IMG/VR virus record: IMGVR_UViG_3300019132_000038
DNA length: 64,000 bases
From: a virus
Strand: one strand, 5' to 3'
Shown here piece after piece: positions 26,855 through 38,151 of this stretch. Made by a program: the position numbers and the translations under genes. The notes below the pieces were generated by a model. It saw nothing but the letters and a program-made list of their open reading frames with translations. It was not told the origin of the DNA and made no database searches. Within the stretch, counting starts at the first letter, position 1; every line of letters starts with the position of its first letter.

Positions 26855-28191
26855 GGTATACATTGAAGGAACATCAAGAAAAAAAGTTGATTTCCGGTCA
26901 AGATTTAGTAGAAAGTATAGGGATTTTAGGAAAAATCAAACCGGATACAGTAACAAAGTTGACGGAATCTGCTAAAGGAAAGAAAAATCGAAAATTAATT
27001 GTTCAAATGGAAGCAATTCACGTAGGACGCACAGCTAACTATACGTTCTATACAGAAGAAGGATTGCGAGCGGGACTAGAATCCTGGACACACCCGTATA
27101 ATAAGCCAGTTTTAACACATCACAATGCCTATAGTGGTGAGCCAATTGGTCGTATTCTCCGAGCAGAATTTGCGGAGTCTACCTTATCGGGTCGAAAAGG
27201 TTTGATTTTTACATGTGAAATCACAGACCCGGATGCGATTGAGAAAATTCTAGATGGTCGCTATCAAACAGTATCCATTGGTGCGACGACAGATAAAGTG
27301 ACATGCAATATCTGTGGAACCGATCGCACAAAGGAATGGTGCGAGCATTGGCGTGGAGAAGAATACGAAGGTCAAACCTGTCATTTTATTATTGGTACCA
27401 CATATGGTCGAGAAGTATCGTATGTCAATGTTCCTGCTGACGAAAATGCAGGAAATATTTCGGTGACGATTGAGGATGAAGATGATAATGGTACCAAAGA
27501 ATCAGCCGTCCTTCAAATCTTCCAAATTGCCGAGGGCTTGATGCAAAACATCAACCTTCCGGATGTGAATTTGTATGAGAGTGCAAGTGATGATCTTAAA
27601 AAGTTAATTGATGGATTGCTAGATTTAGAAGAAGGGAGCGCACCAAAGATGGGTCAAGGAAATCAAACACCAGGTCAAACACCAATCAATGAGTCTGAAT
27701 TACAGACAAAATTAACAGAAGCTAATAATCGTATTTCTGCTTTAGAAACAGAGCTTCAAGAAACAAAAAATGCTTTGGCCAATATAACAATTGAAAAGTC
27801 CAAAGTCGATACATTACTTACAGAATCTCAAGCAGAAGTAGAACGGTTAACAAACGAAAATGCTGAGCTTGCGGCAAAAGCGCATCGAGCTTTGGCTGAA
27901 AAGGTAGTAGATATGAAACTATTCCTTCGTAAATCTGATGTCATTGGTATGACACGAGAGCAAGCTATTGAAGACCATATTCAGCGAACAGAAGAATCAT
28001 TAAACGACGCTGTAAAAGATCTACAGGCAGAAATGCAAAATACAAATGCGATGCGTGGAGTTGTGGTAAATCCAGGCTACGCAGGCGATGATAATAATCC
28101 AAATCAACCACAAGAACAACAAGAGTCAAAAATGACAGTGGATGAAGCTGTCAACATGTTTAAAGGCATGTTTGGCCGCAAAAGACGATAA
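26851..28191 (+). CDS. prohead protease / scaffold
   Basis: KPVLTHHN, YQTVSIG, CNIC..C.H, EVSYVNVPAD then coiled-coil scaffold-like C-terminus. Confidence 0.75.
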   Translation: MRYTLKEHQEKKLISGQDLVESIGILGKIKPDTVTKLTESAKGKKNRKLIVQMEAIHVGRTANYTFYTEEGLRAGLESWTHPYNKPVLTHHNAYSGEPIGRILRAEFAESTLSGRKGLIFTCEITDPDAIEKILDGRYQTVSIGATTDKVTCNICGTDRTKEWCEHWRGEEYEGQTCHFIIGTTYGREVSYVNVPADENAGNISVTIEDEDDNGTKESAVLQIFQIAEGLMQNINLPDVNLYESASDDLKKLIDGLLDLEEGSAPKMGQGNQTPGQTPINESELQTKLTEANNRISALETELQETKNALANITIEKSKVDTLLTESQAEVERLTNENAELAAKAHRALAEKVVDMKLFLRKSDVIGMTREQAIEDHIQRTEESLNDAVKDLQAEMQNTNAMRGVVVNPGYAGDDNNPNQPQEQQESKMTVDEAVNMFKGMFGRKRR

Positions 28192-28208
28192 GAAGGAGTG
28201 AAAATGAG

Positions 28209-29432
28209 ATGGCATTATTCAAAGGTATTACTGGCCCTTTAAGAGATACGCCAGACCAAAAATTTAGAACAAACACAAAACTACAAGCAGGTACACACGA
28301 CTCGCCAGGTGAGAAATTTTTAGTGGACCCACGTCTACCACGTTTATTCCGTTATCATTTTGGTGGCGATGGATGGGTAGTTATTCCAAAAGGTCGTGTT
28401 GTTGCTCCAGCAACTAATGGTGGCAAAAATGACGATGGACGTTTTGAAGACTTTGATTTAGGCGTGCCATACAATGCACTTACTCTTGCTAACGGTGGCG
28501 TTGATGTCACAGAAGTGGGACGTGATGGAAACGAATATGTGCGAACAGCTAACAAACCAATTGGTGTGGCATACGCTAACTTATACGAGCAATTCTTGGA
28601 TGGTTTTAATGGATTCCAGCCAACAGTTGAAAATGAAATCTATATTGAACTGCCTTACATTCCGAATAAATCAGATGCGTATGAAATTCACTGGGGTGCT
28701 TTCTATGATGTTGATCCAACACGCCCAGTTAAAGCTGGCGATTTTGTAATGCCAGATGAGTACGGATATGTAATTAAAGCAGACTTTGAGAAAATCCGTG
28801 AGCAAATCGAGAGTGCGACCACATTAGAAGAATTAAAGGCAGCATTAAAAGAAGAATCTCGTATGCGTGAGCAAGTCATTGGACAAGTATGGGCTGTTGA
28901 GACAAACCTTCCACCGCATGGTTGGTTAAAATGGGTTGGATGGTCGCAAGAAGATATGAAAGAGGATGAATGGAGACTCGCAACGGGTGCTCGTACAGAA
29001 GATATTGGAGCTCAAGACGGATTCCCTGGATATCCATATGAAAGAACATATCGCAATTGGGATGTACGCTCTAATAAATATTATCCACAAGGTATTCCGG
29101 GATTAACAAATGGCTCTAATATTGAAGTGCCTTTCACGAATGAAGTAATTGGTCAAATTCAGCCAGGCGCATCTGGTCGTCATGACTTCTTCTTGCTGCA
29201 TACTCCTGCAGTTGAAGGTACGGTAGAAATCTTTGTTGGTGGTCAAAAAATCACTCCAGACTATGTGGATGTCGTATCTGGTCGTGTGGTATTCAGTTAT
29301 GACAACACGAACGGTACAACTCCGCTAGATGTTACAGCAACATACAAAGCAACTGGACAAATTCCGGGTGTACCAACTGGTTGGGACTTCAAAGGTTCTA
29401 TCGGTGCTGTACGCATCCTGTTACAAAAGTAA
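28209..29432 (+). CDS. head decoration / structural protein
   Basis: Between protease and capsid gene; IPKGRVV, PIGVA motifs typical of such head proteins. Confidence 0.55.
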   Translation: MALFKGITGPLRDTPDQKFRTNTKLQAGTHDSPGEKFLVDPRLPRLFRYHFGGDGWVVIPKGRVVAPATNGGKNDDGRFEDFDLGVPYNALTLANGGVDVTEVGRDGNEYVRTANKPIGVAYANLYEQFLDGFNGFQPTVENEIYIELPYIPNKSDAYEIHWGAFYDVDPTRPVKAGDFVMPDEYGYVIKADFEKIREQIESATTLEELKAALKEESRMREQVIGQVWAVETNLPPHGWLKWVGWSQEDMKEDEWRLATGARTEDIGAQDGFPGYPYERTYRNWDVRSNKYYPQGIPGLTNGSNIEVPFTNEVIGQIQPGASGRHDFFLLHTPAVEGTVEIFVGGQKITPDYVDVVSGRVVFSYDNTNGTTPLDVTATYKATGQIPGVPTGWDFKGSIGAVRILLQK

Positions 29433-29450
29433 GAAGGGAGACAAAACAAG

Positions 29451-30536
29451 ATGAGATATATTAATGAACATGAGCTTTCTGAACAATCCCTTGACGTTCT
29501 AAGACGAATGAAACGTCAATTGGATTTAAGTGAAGACTGGACGCAGATTCCAAAATCTGAATTAGTAACAGTGAAAGAAGCATTAACTACACAAGATGCA
29601 TCGATTTTAATTCCTCGTGTAATTACAGGGCTTATGCGTGAAGCAGCAGAGCCTTATTACATCGGTTCTGATTTATTACAAAAAGTTCGTTTAACAGAAG
29701 GTCGCTCTATTGAGTTTCCATCTATCGGTGCAATGCGTGCGCATGACATCGGGGAATCTCAAAGCTACTTAGAAGAAACTGTAGACTTCCAACTTCACAG
29801 AACACAAGAAGTGAAGGTTGGTAAGTCAGGTATGGTTGTCCGTGTAACAGATGAGATGATCAATGACTCTCAATGGGATGTTATTGGTATCTTAGTTCGC
29901 AAAGCGGGGGAAGCGATGGCTCGCTTAAAAGAAGAAAAAATCTTCAATAACTTCTCTAAACACGGCCATATTGTCTTTGATAATGATATTCGCCAAAAGT
30001 ATCCAGAAGCAGGCACAACAGGTATGGATATTGAAGGCAACCTTAATAACACAATGTCTACAGAAGACATGATTGACCTGTTTATCGCTGTCATGGCAAA
30101 TGGATACAATCCAACAGATGTGCTCATGCATCCATTAACATGGTCTGTTTTCTTTAAAAATGACATTATGCAATCTTTAACACATGCTGCTTTAGGTGGT
30201 TCTCAAATCACAAACTTACAAATTACACCGGAGCAAGTGCAAGGACGTATTCCATTCTCTATTAATATTAACTTTACACCATTTGCGCCGTTTAACTACG
30301 AAACAAAGAAATTTGATATGTACGTAGTGGATCGCAATAATATCGGTATCTTACTAGAAAAAGAGCCACTCACAACAGAACAATTTGACGATCCAATGCG
30401 TGATATCCAAACGATTAAAGTAAAAGAACGTTACGGTATCGGAATCTTAAATGAGGGTAAAGCGGTAGCAACTGCTCGCAACTTAGCGTTCGAGAAGTCT
30501 TACCCGGCTCCGGATCGCATCAAGATTGTATCTTAA
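29451..30536 (+). CDS. major capsid protein (HK97-like)
   Basis: 361 aa; KSGMVVRVTDEMINDSQWD, ERYGIGILN; followed by a terminator. Confidence 0.8.
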   Translation: MRYINEHELSEQSLDVLRRMKRQLDLSEDWTQIPKSELVTVKEALTTQDASILIPRVITGLMREAAEPYYIGSDLLQKVRLTEGRSIEFPSIGAMRAHDIGESQSYLEETVDFQLHRTQEVKVGKSGMVVRVTDEMINDSQWDVIGILVRKAGEAMARLKEEKIFNNFSKHGHIVFDNDIRQKYPEAGTTGMDIEGNLNNTMSTEDMIDLFIAVMANGYNPTDVLMHPLTWSVFFKNDIMQSLTHAALGGSQITNLQITPEQVQGRIPFSININFTPFAPFNYETKKFDMYVVDRNNIGILLEKEPLTTEQFDDPMRDIQTIKVKERYGIGILNEGKAVATARNLAFEKSYPAPDRIKIVS

Positions 30537-30554
30537 TAGTTTATTAGAAACGCT

Positions 30555-30590
30555 AAAAGCGGGGGAATGAAGTTTCGTTCGCCCGCTTTT
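30555..30590 (+). terminator. intrinsic terminator after capsid gene
   Basis: AAAAGCGGG...CCCGCTTTT. Confidence 0.7.
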
Positions 30591-30616
30591 GTATTAAATC
30601 ATAAGGAGGAAATAGT

Positions 30617-31162
30617 ATGCCTGAATTAACATTAGGTTTGGCACCAGGAAAGGTAAGTTATTACGATAAGCATACAAATTTGTATTTGACGTTAGAAAAG
30701 CCAGTACAAAAATTTGTATATCAAGATTATCGTCAATTAGAAGGAATTGCTCATGCATTATTAGCTTCAGTTCCCGCTCTTGTGCTGTATGAAGGAACAT
30801 TGCCACAAGAAGCTATTGATACATGGAAGGCTAAATATAATAAAATTTTCTATTCTCCGAAAACACGCAATATTGTTGAAAACGGTAAAGTGATTGGTAC
30901 AGTTCCATATGCGGATCCGGTTCGTAATAGTATGGATTACATAGGTCGTCCAATTACATCTAATCGTGCTTTTGACCGTGCTGATGAAGCTTCTAATAAT
31001 GTATCAACAATGGCTGCAGAAGAAGCAGAAGAAGTAAAGGTGCTATCAGACGTTGTTGAGGAAGTGAAGGAAACAGAGCAACTAGAAAATGAGGAAACAA
31101 TAGCAGAAGAAAAGAAAACGACTTCACGCAAAAGAGGCGCAAGCAGCAAATCTGAAAAGTAA
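30617..31162 (+). CDS. hypothetical virion protein
   Basis: 181 aa, AAGGAGG RBS, acidic then basic tail. Confidence 0.75.
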   Translation: MPELTLGLAPGKVSYYDKHTNLYLTLEKPVQKFVYQDYRQLEGIAHALLASVPALVLYEGTLPQEAIDTWKAKYNKIFYSPKTRNIVENGKVIGTVPYADPVRNSMDYIGRPITSNRAFDRADEASNNVSTMAAEEAEEVKVLSDVVEEVKETEQLENEETIAEEKKTTSRKRGASSKSEK

Positions 31163-31185
31163 ATTAGGGAAAGGCGGTAGGGGTC

Positions 31186-33300
31186 ATGCCACTGGAATCG
31201 CAGTTTTCTGTGCAAGTCACACAGCCTTACCTAAATAATACATTCCCAATTAGATCTAAAGAGCCACATGATGATCGAATTTTTAAACACATCACATTTC
31301 CCGATAACCATGATTCTCTTACACTTCGTTTACGCACCATTAATCGAAACTATATCACAGAATCTAGTGTGTTACAAAAACAAATTCGCACCAATATTTC
31401 ATCTAGTGATTTAGAGAAGGATATTTTTCGAGTTAAAGCCGTGCTGTCTCAATCAGACCACGGCATCCTTGAATCACATTGGGTGACACAAAAAGAGATA
31501 AACGCCCTTTCCGTGTCTACACATAATCAATATCGAATTCGAGGAATTTCCCGTGAAAATTGGAAAAGTGATTGGGTTTATTCAGAATTAAGAGATGCTG
31601 AGAACGATTTAATTATTTATAACATGCTCTATGATATTCTCGATCTCCTGATGAGTGTTCATGATGATCAAATCGATTATGTAATGGATTATATTGTTCG
31701 TGACACATTCTTGCAGATCATCAAAGAGAATATCCCTCAATTTTCCACTAGTCTAGAGCAGGAGGAATTATTAGAGGCAAATATAGAGGAAATCGTTTCT
31801 TTCTTGGCTTCACATTTGCAAAATCATCCTAAAGAACAGATGGTTACTGAACTAGGAGAAGCATTTCTTATTTTATCACGAGAGTTAAAAAAAGAGTTCC
31901 AAGAAAGTGTAATGGCATCACCCCTAGAGTTTTCTGATCTATATCGCTCATACCGATTACTCGAGCAATATCAGCACAAGAAGAATGATGCCCTGTACCT
32001 TCTTGTAGACATCTTTCTTGAAGACCGGTTAGAAAAAATTCTTCAAAATGCCGATATTGAAGTATTATTGCAAAACCAAGAAGAAATGGGCATTTATTTG
32101 AATGGCAAGTATGATTTTAATATTAAAAACGAGTTAATCACATCTATGTACCATGCATCGCCTAACGAGAACTTTGTAACAAGTCTGAATGATGCAGTAC
32201 AATTGTTATCAGAACCTATCGTGTACGAACATCTAGTGTATCAAAAGGATGAGTCAGTAGAGAAATTCATGCGTTTAGCACTTCGAGAGCTTTATGCACC
32301 TTTTGCCGCTATCGATATTCGATTGGCTGAACTTGAGCACGCTTTGGAAGACGCATATGGCTTGGATATAATTGGCAATGTCATTGAATATGCAACTAAG
32401 ATAGATGACTATGAGCTTCGAAATTTGCTCTTAAACGATATAATCAGTTCTGTTATCCAAGGAGACTTGGATATGAAGAAAGATTATGAAATATGGATTT
32501 TGGACCATATGTTGAATTTATTCAAAGATTCAAGAAAAGCTTTATTAATAGAATATCGTTTTCCAGAATTTTTTGAAGTCATCATGGATATTGGTGAATC
32601 ATTTCGGCATACTTATCGAACCACACTAGAACAAACGCATGAATCCATGACAAACGAGATAACGGAATCATCTCGAATACATGCGACTGCTTGGGGTTCT
32701 TTATTAAAGGAATCTTATACAATAGCCTTGCAATCTACACATCAACTTGCAAAAGTAAAAGACATCAAAGATTATCATGAAAATACTCATATAGGACTTC
32801 TTGACTATGCTGAAATGTATTGCAAGTGGTTAAAAAAGCAGATAGACGAAAGCTTTATAGCCATGATACGAAATCATGTCAAACATCATCTTACGGATAT
32901 TGAACAAGATATTCAGGAAGATCTGTTGTCGAATCCGTTGGATATAGCATGGTTGCACGTTATTCAAACGCATTTTTCTATCCACGATGAGTCTTTAATA
33001 TCGCTGAGGGGTTCTGTTGATCAAGAAGTAATCATCTCCAATTGGGAGCAAGATGAGTATAAGTCCATTCTTCCGAAAGAAGTGTATCACAACTTGTTTA
33101 AACACCATCTTCGAGATCCAAATAAATACCGAATCTTAGAGAAAAAACAAACAGAATTATCTCATGAATTGCGTGATGTGTTTAAAATGGATGGAACAGA
33201 TATTGTGCAATATGCATTAGGAGATATAACAAAAGATTGGCCTTTAGGAGTCTTTAGACTGGGTACGAATACATTAAAAGGTGAGGTGTCAAATTTATGA
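31186..33300 (+). CDS. hypothetical protein (structural module)
   Basis: 704-aa ORF. Confidence 0.75.
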   Translation: MPLESQFSVQVTQPYLNNTFPIRSKEPHDDRIFKHITFPDNHDSLTLRLRTINRNYITESSVLQKQIRTNISSSDLEKDIFRVKAVLSQSDHGILESHWVTQKEINALSVSTHNQYRIRGISRENWKSDWVYSELRDAENDLIIYNMLYDILDLLMSVHDDQIDYVMDYIVRDTFLQIIKENIPQFSTSLEQEELLEANIEEIVSFLASHLQNHPKEQMVTELGEAFLILSRELKKEFQESVMASPLEFSDLYRSYRLLEQYQHKKNDALYLLVDIFLEDRLEKILQNADIEVLLQNQEEMGIYLNGKYDFNIKNELITSMYHASPNENFVTSLNDAVQLLSEPIVYEHLVYQKDESVEKFMRLALRELYAPFAAIDIRLAELEHALEDAYGLDIIGNVIEYATKIDDYELRNLLLNDIISSVIQGDLDMKKDYEIWILDHMLNLFKDSRKALLIEYRFPEFFEVIMDIGESFRHTYRTTLEQTHESMTNEITESSRIHATAWGSLLKESYTIALQSTHQLAKVKDIKDYHENTHIGLLDYAEMYCKWLKKQIDESFIAMIRNHVKHHLTDIEQDIQEDLLSNPLDIAWLHVIQTHFSIHDESLISLRGSVDQEVIISNWEQDEYKSILPKEVYHNLFKHHLRDPNKYRILEKKQTELSHELRDVFKMDGTDIVQYALGDITKDWPLGVFRLGTNTLKGEVSNL

Positions 33301-35438
33301 ATTTAAATGTTATTAATAAGCTTTTATCTGTTTTCCCAGAAGGAGAAAAGAAAGAATCCCTACGTCAAAAACTTCATGCGTTGACCATGAAATCTAAGAA
33401 GCGAGGTGGAGATGGATTGCAAGATACATTTGAACTTCAACCAAAAGGTCACATTAAAATCGAAGCGATTGATGAACACGGAAATGTTGTTGGCGTTTTA
33501 GCTGATCAATCCAATCTAGTTGTTCATGGAGCAGAAGAAATTCTCTTACGTGCATTCTCAGGTGATCCTAGCCGTATTCTTTACAAAAATCGTGTGGTGA
33601 AAGCTGCAAATGGTATAACACCAAAAATCTATATTTCCGAAAGCAAATTGAGTGGATCTCCAATTGTAAGTAATGGAAAAGTGATTCATTCGCCAAACGT
33701 TCTATGGGAAGTAGTTGATGATAGTTTATTTGATGTGTCTTACGGATATATTCCGAATACCGTTTATATTAAAGAAGAAGCATCTACAGAACCTGGAAAA
33801 CGAGCATTTACGATTTCAAATGCACCTGATGTTAATCGTGTTCCTATGAGTGCAGAAATTTATTCAACTTATACAAATTTATTCATTGGAATCGGAGAAG
33901 GAAAGAATTATTCTGTTCCATTAACGGATTCACGCTTACAGTTTTCGGAAGAATTCACTGTAACAGAGAATCGAGCAGAAGCTACTCAAGAAGGAGCAAG
34001 TTTAGAAGTAACGGCAAAAATAAGTAATTTTAAAGTGGAGTTAGAAAAATCTAATACAGGTGCACAAGTCGATGTCTACGTGAATGGACTTCTCCGTGAA
34101 ACGATTGAAACATTTGATAGTGAATTATCTGAGCCAGATGTATTCGTGTATGAATTAGAAGGACTCGACCATGAAACGGAGACAACCATCCGTTTGGTTC
34201 ATTCGGGTTCTGATTCTGCTGTTACAACTCCGGTCATGGCAATTACGGGATTTTACTTTGATGCATTGGATAAAAAGATGAATGGCCTTATTAAAGAGTT
34301 TAAAAACTTTGAAACAGAATTTCATACACCAACATCTTTTAATACAACCCCAATGGCTCCGTATACCATCCAACTGCCATATTTCCCATTAAAACAAGGG
34401 ACTATTCAAGTGCAGTATGAGGGGACACAATTTACAGAGGTATCCGATGCGACTCAATTAACTGATACATCATTTGCTGTAGATTATTTACATGGAACAT
34501 TAATATTTAATCGTGCGTTAACAGGGGTTATGGTCACATATGCCATTACCGGTGAAATTTATGACGCTGAATTAGTTTCTACGATGACTGCAGGGACAGT
34601 GGCAGTGCCGACTCAGCAGGAAAAAACAGTAACGGGTGGAGCTGTAAATGGAGTTAAGGATGGGAGTAACCGAGTATTTACACTAGGACGCACCAATATC
34701 AAATCGAATACGGTTGTTGTATATAAGAATAACAATCCTTTACAAGTAGGACCAACAGGAGATATCGAATCTATTGATTATCAAACAGGAACCATTGTAT
34801 TCCATAATGGTAAACAACCTATTTCAAGTGACGCACTAAAAGCAGACTACGTGTACTTTGAAACTGTCACCGTCAATGTGGCTGTTAATAAGTATCAAAC
34901 CGCTCATGTAATTAAAGAAGGCACTGTTCGCATCCTTGATCAAAACGGCAATGAGTTACAAAGTGTGAATAATGCTGCTGACTTTGGAAATGGAAAGTTT
35001 ATGGTAGATGCCACTAATAAAAAATTGATTCATATTGCCGCAAAAAACGCCCAAGGAGAAAACATTACGAAAGTAGAAGTCATCTATAAGTCAGATGAAA
35101 AACCAGGTGTTCCAACCCATTATACTCGTGCAGTTATTGAAAAACCAAAAACAGCTAACGAATACCCATGGTTTGAGTTAGATAAGGGTGCTGTTAAATT
35201 TGTAGCAGAATTTCCAGAATTAAAGCCGGTTCATAATATTACAATCCGAGAAATGGGATTATTTGATGGACCACGTGTAGAAGACAATATTGAAGGGTTC
35301 CGCAATTATCCTGTTAAAGCCTTTTCACTTGTTCGAGTGGGTGAAGCTCGTAAAGAATCCAGTACGGGAATTCGTGTAACGTGGACTATTACACTCTTAA
35401 ACTCAGATGGTCAACCATTCCAAGGCGGTAGAAACTAA
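33297..35438 (+). CDS. tail/baseplate fiber-related protein, paralog A
   Basis: KGHIKIE..NLVV N-terminus, VKFVAEFP..IREMGLFD..TGIRVTW C-terminus. Confidence 0.6.
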   Translation: MNLNVINKLLSVFPEGEKKESLRQKLHALTMKSKKRGGDGLQDTFELQPKGHIKIEAIDEHGNVVGVLADQSNLVVHGAEEILLRAFSGDPSRILYKNRVVKAANGITPKIYISESKLSGSPIVSNGKVIHSPNVLWEVVDDSLFDVSYGYIPNTVYIKEEASTEPGKRAFTISNAPDVNRVPMSAEIYSTYTNLFIGIGEGKNYSVPLTDSRLQFSEEFTVTENRAEATQEGASLEVTAKISNFKVELEKSNTGAQVDVYVNGLLRETIETFDSELSEPDVFVYELEGLDHETETTIRLVHSGSDSAVTTPVMAITGFYFDALDKKMNGLIKEFKNFETEFHTPTSFNTTPMAPYTIQLPYFPLKQGTIQVQYEGTQFTEVSDATQLTDTSFAVDYLHGTLIFNRALTGVMVTYAITGEIYDAELVSTMTAGTVAVPTQQEKTVTGGAVNGVKDGSNRVFTLGRTNIKSNTVVVYKNNNPLQVGPTGDIESIDYQTGTIVFHNGKQPISSDALKADYVYFETVTVNVAVNKYQTAHVIKEGTVRILDQNGNELQSVNNAADFGNGKFMVDATNKKLIHIAAKNAQGENITKVEVIYKSDEKPGVPTHYTRAVIEKPKTANEYPWFELDKGAVKFVAEFPELKPVHNITIREMGLFDGPRVEDNIEGFRNYPVKAFSLVRVGEARKESSTGIRVTWTITLLNSDGQPFQGGRN

Positions 35439-35458
35439 TTTAAAGAGGTGAAAGAGGT

Positions 35459-37255
35459 ATGTTGAAAGATGTTTCATCAATGAATCCGAAAGGTCATGTG
35501 AAATTAGAATTATACAATGATGAAGGCGTGTTTTATACAAAAGAAAAGAAAAACTTAGTTGTTCAATCTGCTAATGAGATTGTAGCTCATATGATGGCTG
35601 ATCCAGCGAAAGTACTTCGGATTAATCAAGTGGATAAGGGCGATTCTGCCCTTACCGCTAATTCCAATTCCCTTTATCCGTTTTCTTTAACGGTGCAACA
35701 CGAGGTAAAAGGGCGATTAGAGAACAACTGGGGAACAACCAATACCAAAACAGAATTTCAGTTAGAAGAATTGAAAGGTATTACAAGCTTAGATGCTGTC
35801 ACAGTAGGAGACACTCAACTGGTGATTAATGAAGATGTTTTTGTAGTAGATGCAGAGGCTGGAAAAATTCAATTTGCACAAGCACCGACGGATAATGTGG
35901 TGATTCGATTTCACAAAGTTAAAAATCCGTATATGAAAATGATTGTGGGAACAGAAACGGTTACAGTAAATGGTGTTCCTTGGAAGCGTGCAACTGTTGC
36001 TAATAATGCCCAGAAAAAATACCAAGTGGACTATCGAACAGGAGAAATTTTATTCCAATCTCCGGTAAGTAATGTAGAAGTAAAATATGATTACCATATG
36101 AATTATTGCTTAGGATTTATGGCTTTAGGTGGAAAGCCAAATAGTTCCCACCCAAATTATCAGCCGGTAGAGTTTGGTCATTCCAACCGTTTGGATACAT
36201 TTATGAAAAACGAACTGCCAGGTTCTCGTATGCCGATTATGTATCCAGCTTCTGTGTCTAATGGAGCAACCGAATTAGAACCGGCAATTCCGACTCAGCC
36301 AATTGCGTCTGTACAGAAAACAGCAACCGTTACTATTATAGACACTGGTGACGGTACAACGAAGCAATTGGTTTATGATCTGCCAAATATACATGATAGT
36401 GGTTCGGGTGCAGCTGGACGTACGCTTCTAGAATTAGTGACAGTGAAAAACGTGACATTAAATAATGCAGATATTTTAGCTGGAACTAAAATCAAAACCA
36501 ATACCTTCTCTTCCGTTAAAATTGAGTTTGCTTCCTCTGATGTCAATATCGGTGATAGTGTACAAGTAATTTATCGACTCAAACTAGATAATCGTCATTT
36601 GACATATCAATTAGGTCAATCACCAGTAGTAAAGCTTATTAGTGTACGCCATATTGATGCCGTTGATAATACAAAGATTCGGGAATATAACATCGTTGAT
36701 AGTGGATTACGTCCAAATCAAGGGGATGTATGGATTTCTAATCCGAATACAGGGCATATCACGTTCAGTGAAAATCCAACGGGTGGACCACAAGTGCACA
36801 CACCAGGTCAATTGCAAGTGGAATATATGGTGAATTCGGGTACGGTAGTGAAATTTGTAGCAGACTTCCCTAAAGGAGTACCTGCACCGGTGCTTGAAGA
36901 TACGACGAAAGTTGTCAATGTTGTATCTGGACAAACAACGATTACATTGGATTATCCGATTGCTAAGAATGAACAAGGTGTATTTATCGAACCAGAAGTG
37001 ATTATTAATGGAACTAAGCTATCGTCTAGTGATTACACAATTTCAGTGGATGGAAAGTCTATTACTCCAAATAGCTTGAGCGCAGGGCAAACTGTAACCG
37101 TGAAACACAAATATGAGAAAACAACTCATGACATTTATCAGGTTGCCATGTTTGATGATAAAGTGGGCGGAAAAATGTTCAATATTTCCGGCATTGGGCC
37201 TGTAACCAAAGATAAGAATACAGGAATGCGTGTAACATGGTCCGTCACGTTCTAA
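35459..37255 (+). CDS. tail/baseplate fiber-related protein, paralog B
   Basis: KGHVKLE..NLVV N-terminus, VKFVADFP..TGMRVTW C-terminus. Confidence 0.6.
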   Translation: MLKDVSSMNPKGHVKLELYNDEGVFYTKEKKNLVVQSANEIVAHMMADPAKVLRINQVDKGDSALTANSNSLYPFSLTVQHEVKGRLENNWGTTNTKTEFQLEELKGITSLDAVTVGDTQLVINEDVFVVDAEAGKIQFAQAPTDNVVIRFHKVKNPYMKMIVGTETVTVNGVPWKRATVANNAQKKYQVDYRTGEILFQSPVSNVEVKYDYHMNYCLGFMALGGKPNSSHPNYQPVEFGHSNRLDTFMKNELPGSRMPIMYPASVSNGATELEPAIPTQPIASVQKTATVTIIDTGDGTTKQLVYDLPNIHDSGSGAAGRTLLELVTVKNVTLNNADILAGTKIKTNTFSSVKIEFASSDVNIGDSVQVIYRLKLDNRHLTYQLGQSPVVKLISVRHIDAVDNTKIREYNIVDSGLRPNQGDVWISNPNTGHITFSENPTGGPQVHTPGQLQVEYMVNSGTVVKFVADFPKGVPAPVLEDTTKVVNVVSGQTTITLDYPIAKNEQGVFIEPEVIINGTKLSSSDYTISVDGKSITPNSLSAGQTVTVKHKYEKTTHDIYQVAMFDDKVGGKMFNISGIGPVTKDKNTGMRVTWSVTF

Positions 37256-37265
37256 TAAGGAGGTC

Positions 37266-37796
37266 ATGTTTATGACAACTCCCCTTTATTCTGCAGACTA
37301 TATGAAACGAATTGCCTTTTTAGATGGACAAATTCTTCATGATTTCCATTTAAATATTATGCAAAAAAACATCGCCGAGGCGATTAAAGCAAAAACGACA
37401 CGAGAAAAATATGATTTTTATCTTCTCGTGTCCCCTTACAATATGTACTTTCATGAACCGTTTATCAATACAAGTGAACGTGATCCGGCTAGTACTGCAC
37501 AGTTAAATTCATTAAGTTTTTCTATTAATTCCGGATCATGGGAAACAACACTACTAGAGCTTCCTAAGGCAACAAATGAAATTTACTTAATTTCTAACTT
37601 TGAAGATTATCCATCAAAAGGGGCAACAGTGCATTTTTACTACAGAACTGCTATCGGGAATCAATGGATTCCCATCCAGCCAGATCGCCCAATTTATTTA
37701 TCGGTTCCTAGCCGATATTTTCAAATCAAAGTAGAGTGTTTATATACAGGTACTATTCGTCCGGTCGTTTATGATTTTGCTTTTATGTGGAAATAG
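37266..37796 (+). CDS. hypothetical virion protein
   Basis: 176-aa ORF, AGGAGG RBS. Confidence 0.7.
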   Translation: MFMTTPLYSADYMKRIAFLDGQILHDFHLNIMQKNIAEAIKAKTTREKYDFYLLVSPYNMYFHEPFINTSERDPASTAQLNSLSFSINSGSWETTLLELPKATNEIYLISNFEDYPSKGATVHFYYRTAIGNQWIPIQPDRPIYLSVPSRYFQIKVECLYTGTIRPVVYDFAFMWK

Positions 37797-37808
37797 GAGG
37801 GATAATCA

Positions 37809-38135
37809 ATGGCATATGTGCGCCAACATCCTGATTATCCAAGATTCCGGATGAAAGTCGGGTCGATGCCTGACTTCTCCGGTTCTAGATATGCAGATCA
37901 GGAGATTCCAATGGGTACAATGAATGGGGTGAATCGGGTTTTTAGGCTTGCTCACCTGCCTATTCGATTGAGTGAACGCATTTATAAAGATGGAATGATG
38001 ATGGCCCGTGCTTCGAATCAAGCCATCACAGATGGAGATTATTATATAGACTATGAAACTGGTGAGATTATCTTTTCCGTAAATCAAACACCTCAGCCTA
38101 AATCAGTGATTCGAGTAAGTTACAAATATATGTGA
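37809..38135 (+). CDS. hypothetical virion protein
   Basis: 108 aa; shares GxxNGxNRVF.L and Y.IDY.TG.I.F patterns with 33297 and 35459. Confidence 0.7.
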   Translation: MAYVRQHPDYPRFRMKVGSMPDFSGSRYADQEIPMGTMNGVNRVFRLAHLPIRLSERIYKDGMMMARASNQAITDGDYYIDYETGEIIFSVNQTPQPKSVIRVSYKYM

Positions 38136-38151
38136 AAGTGATGTGGAGTCG

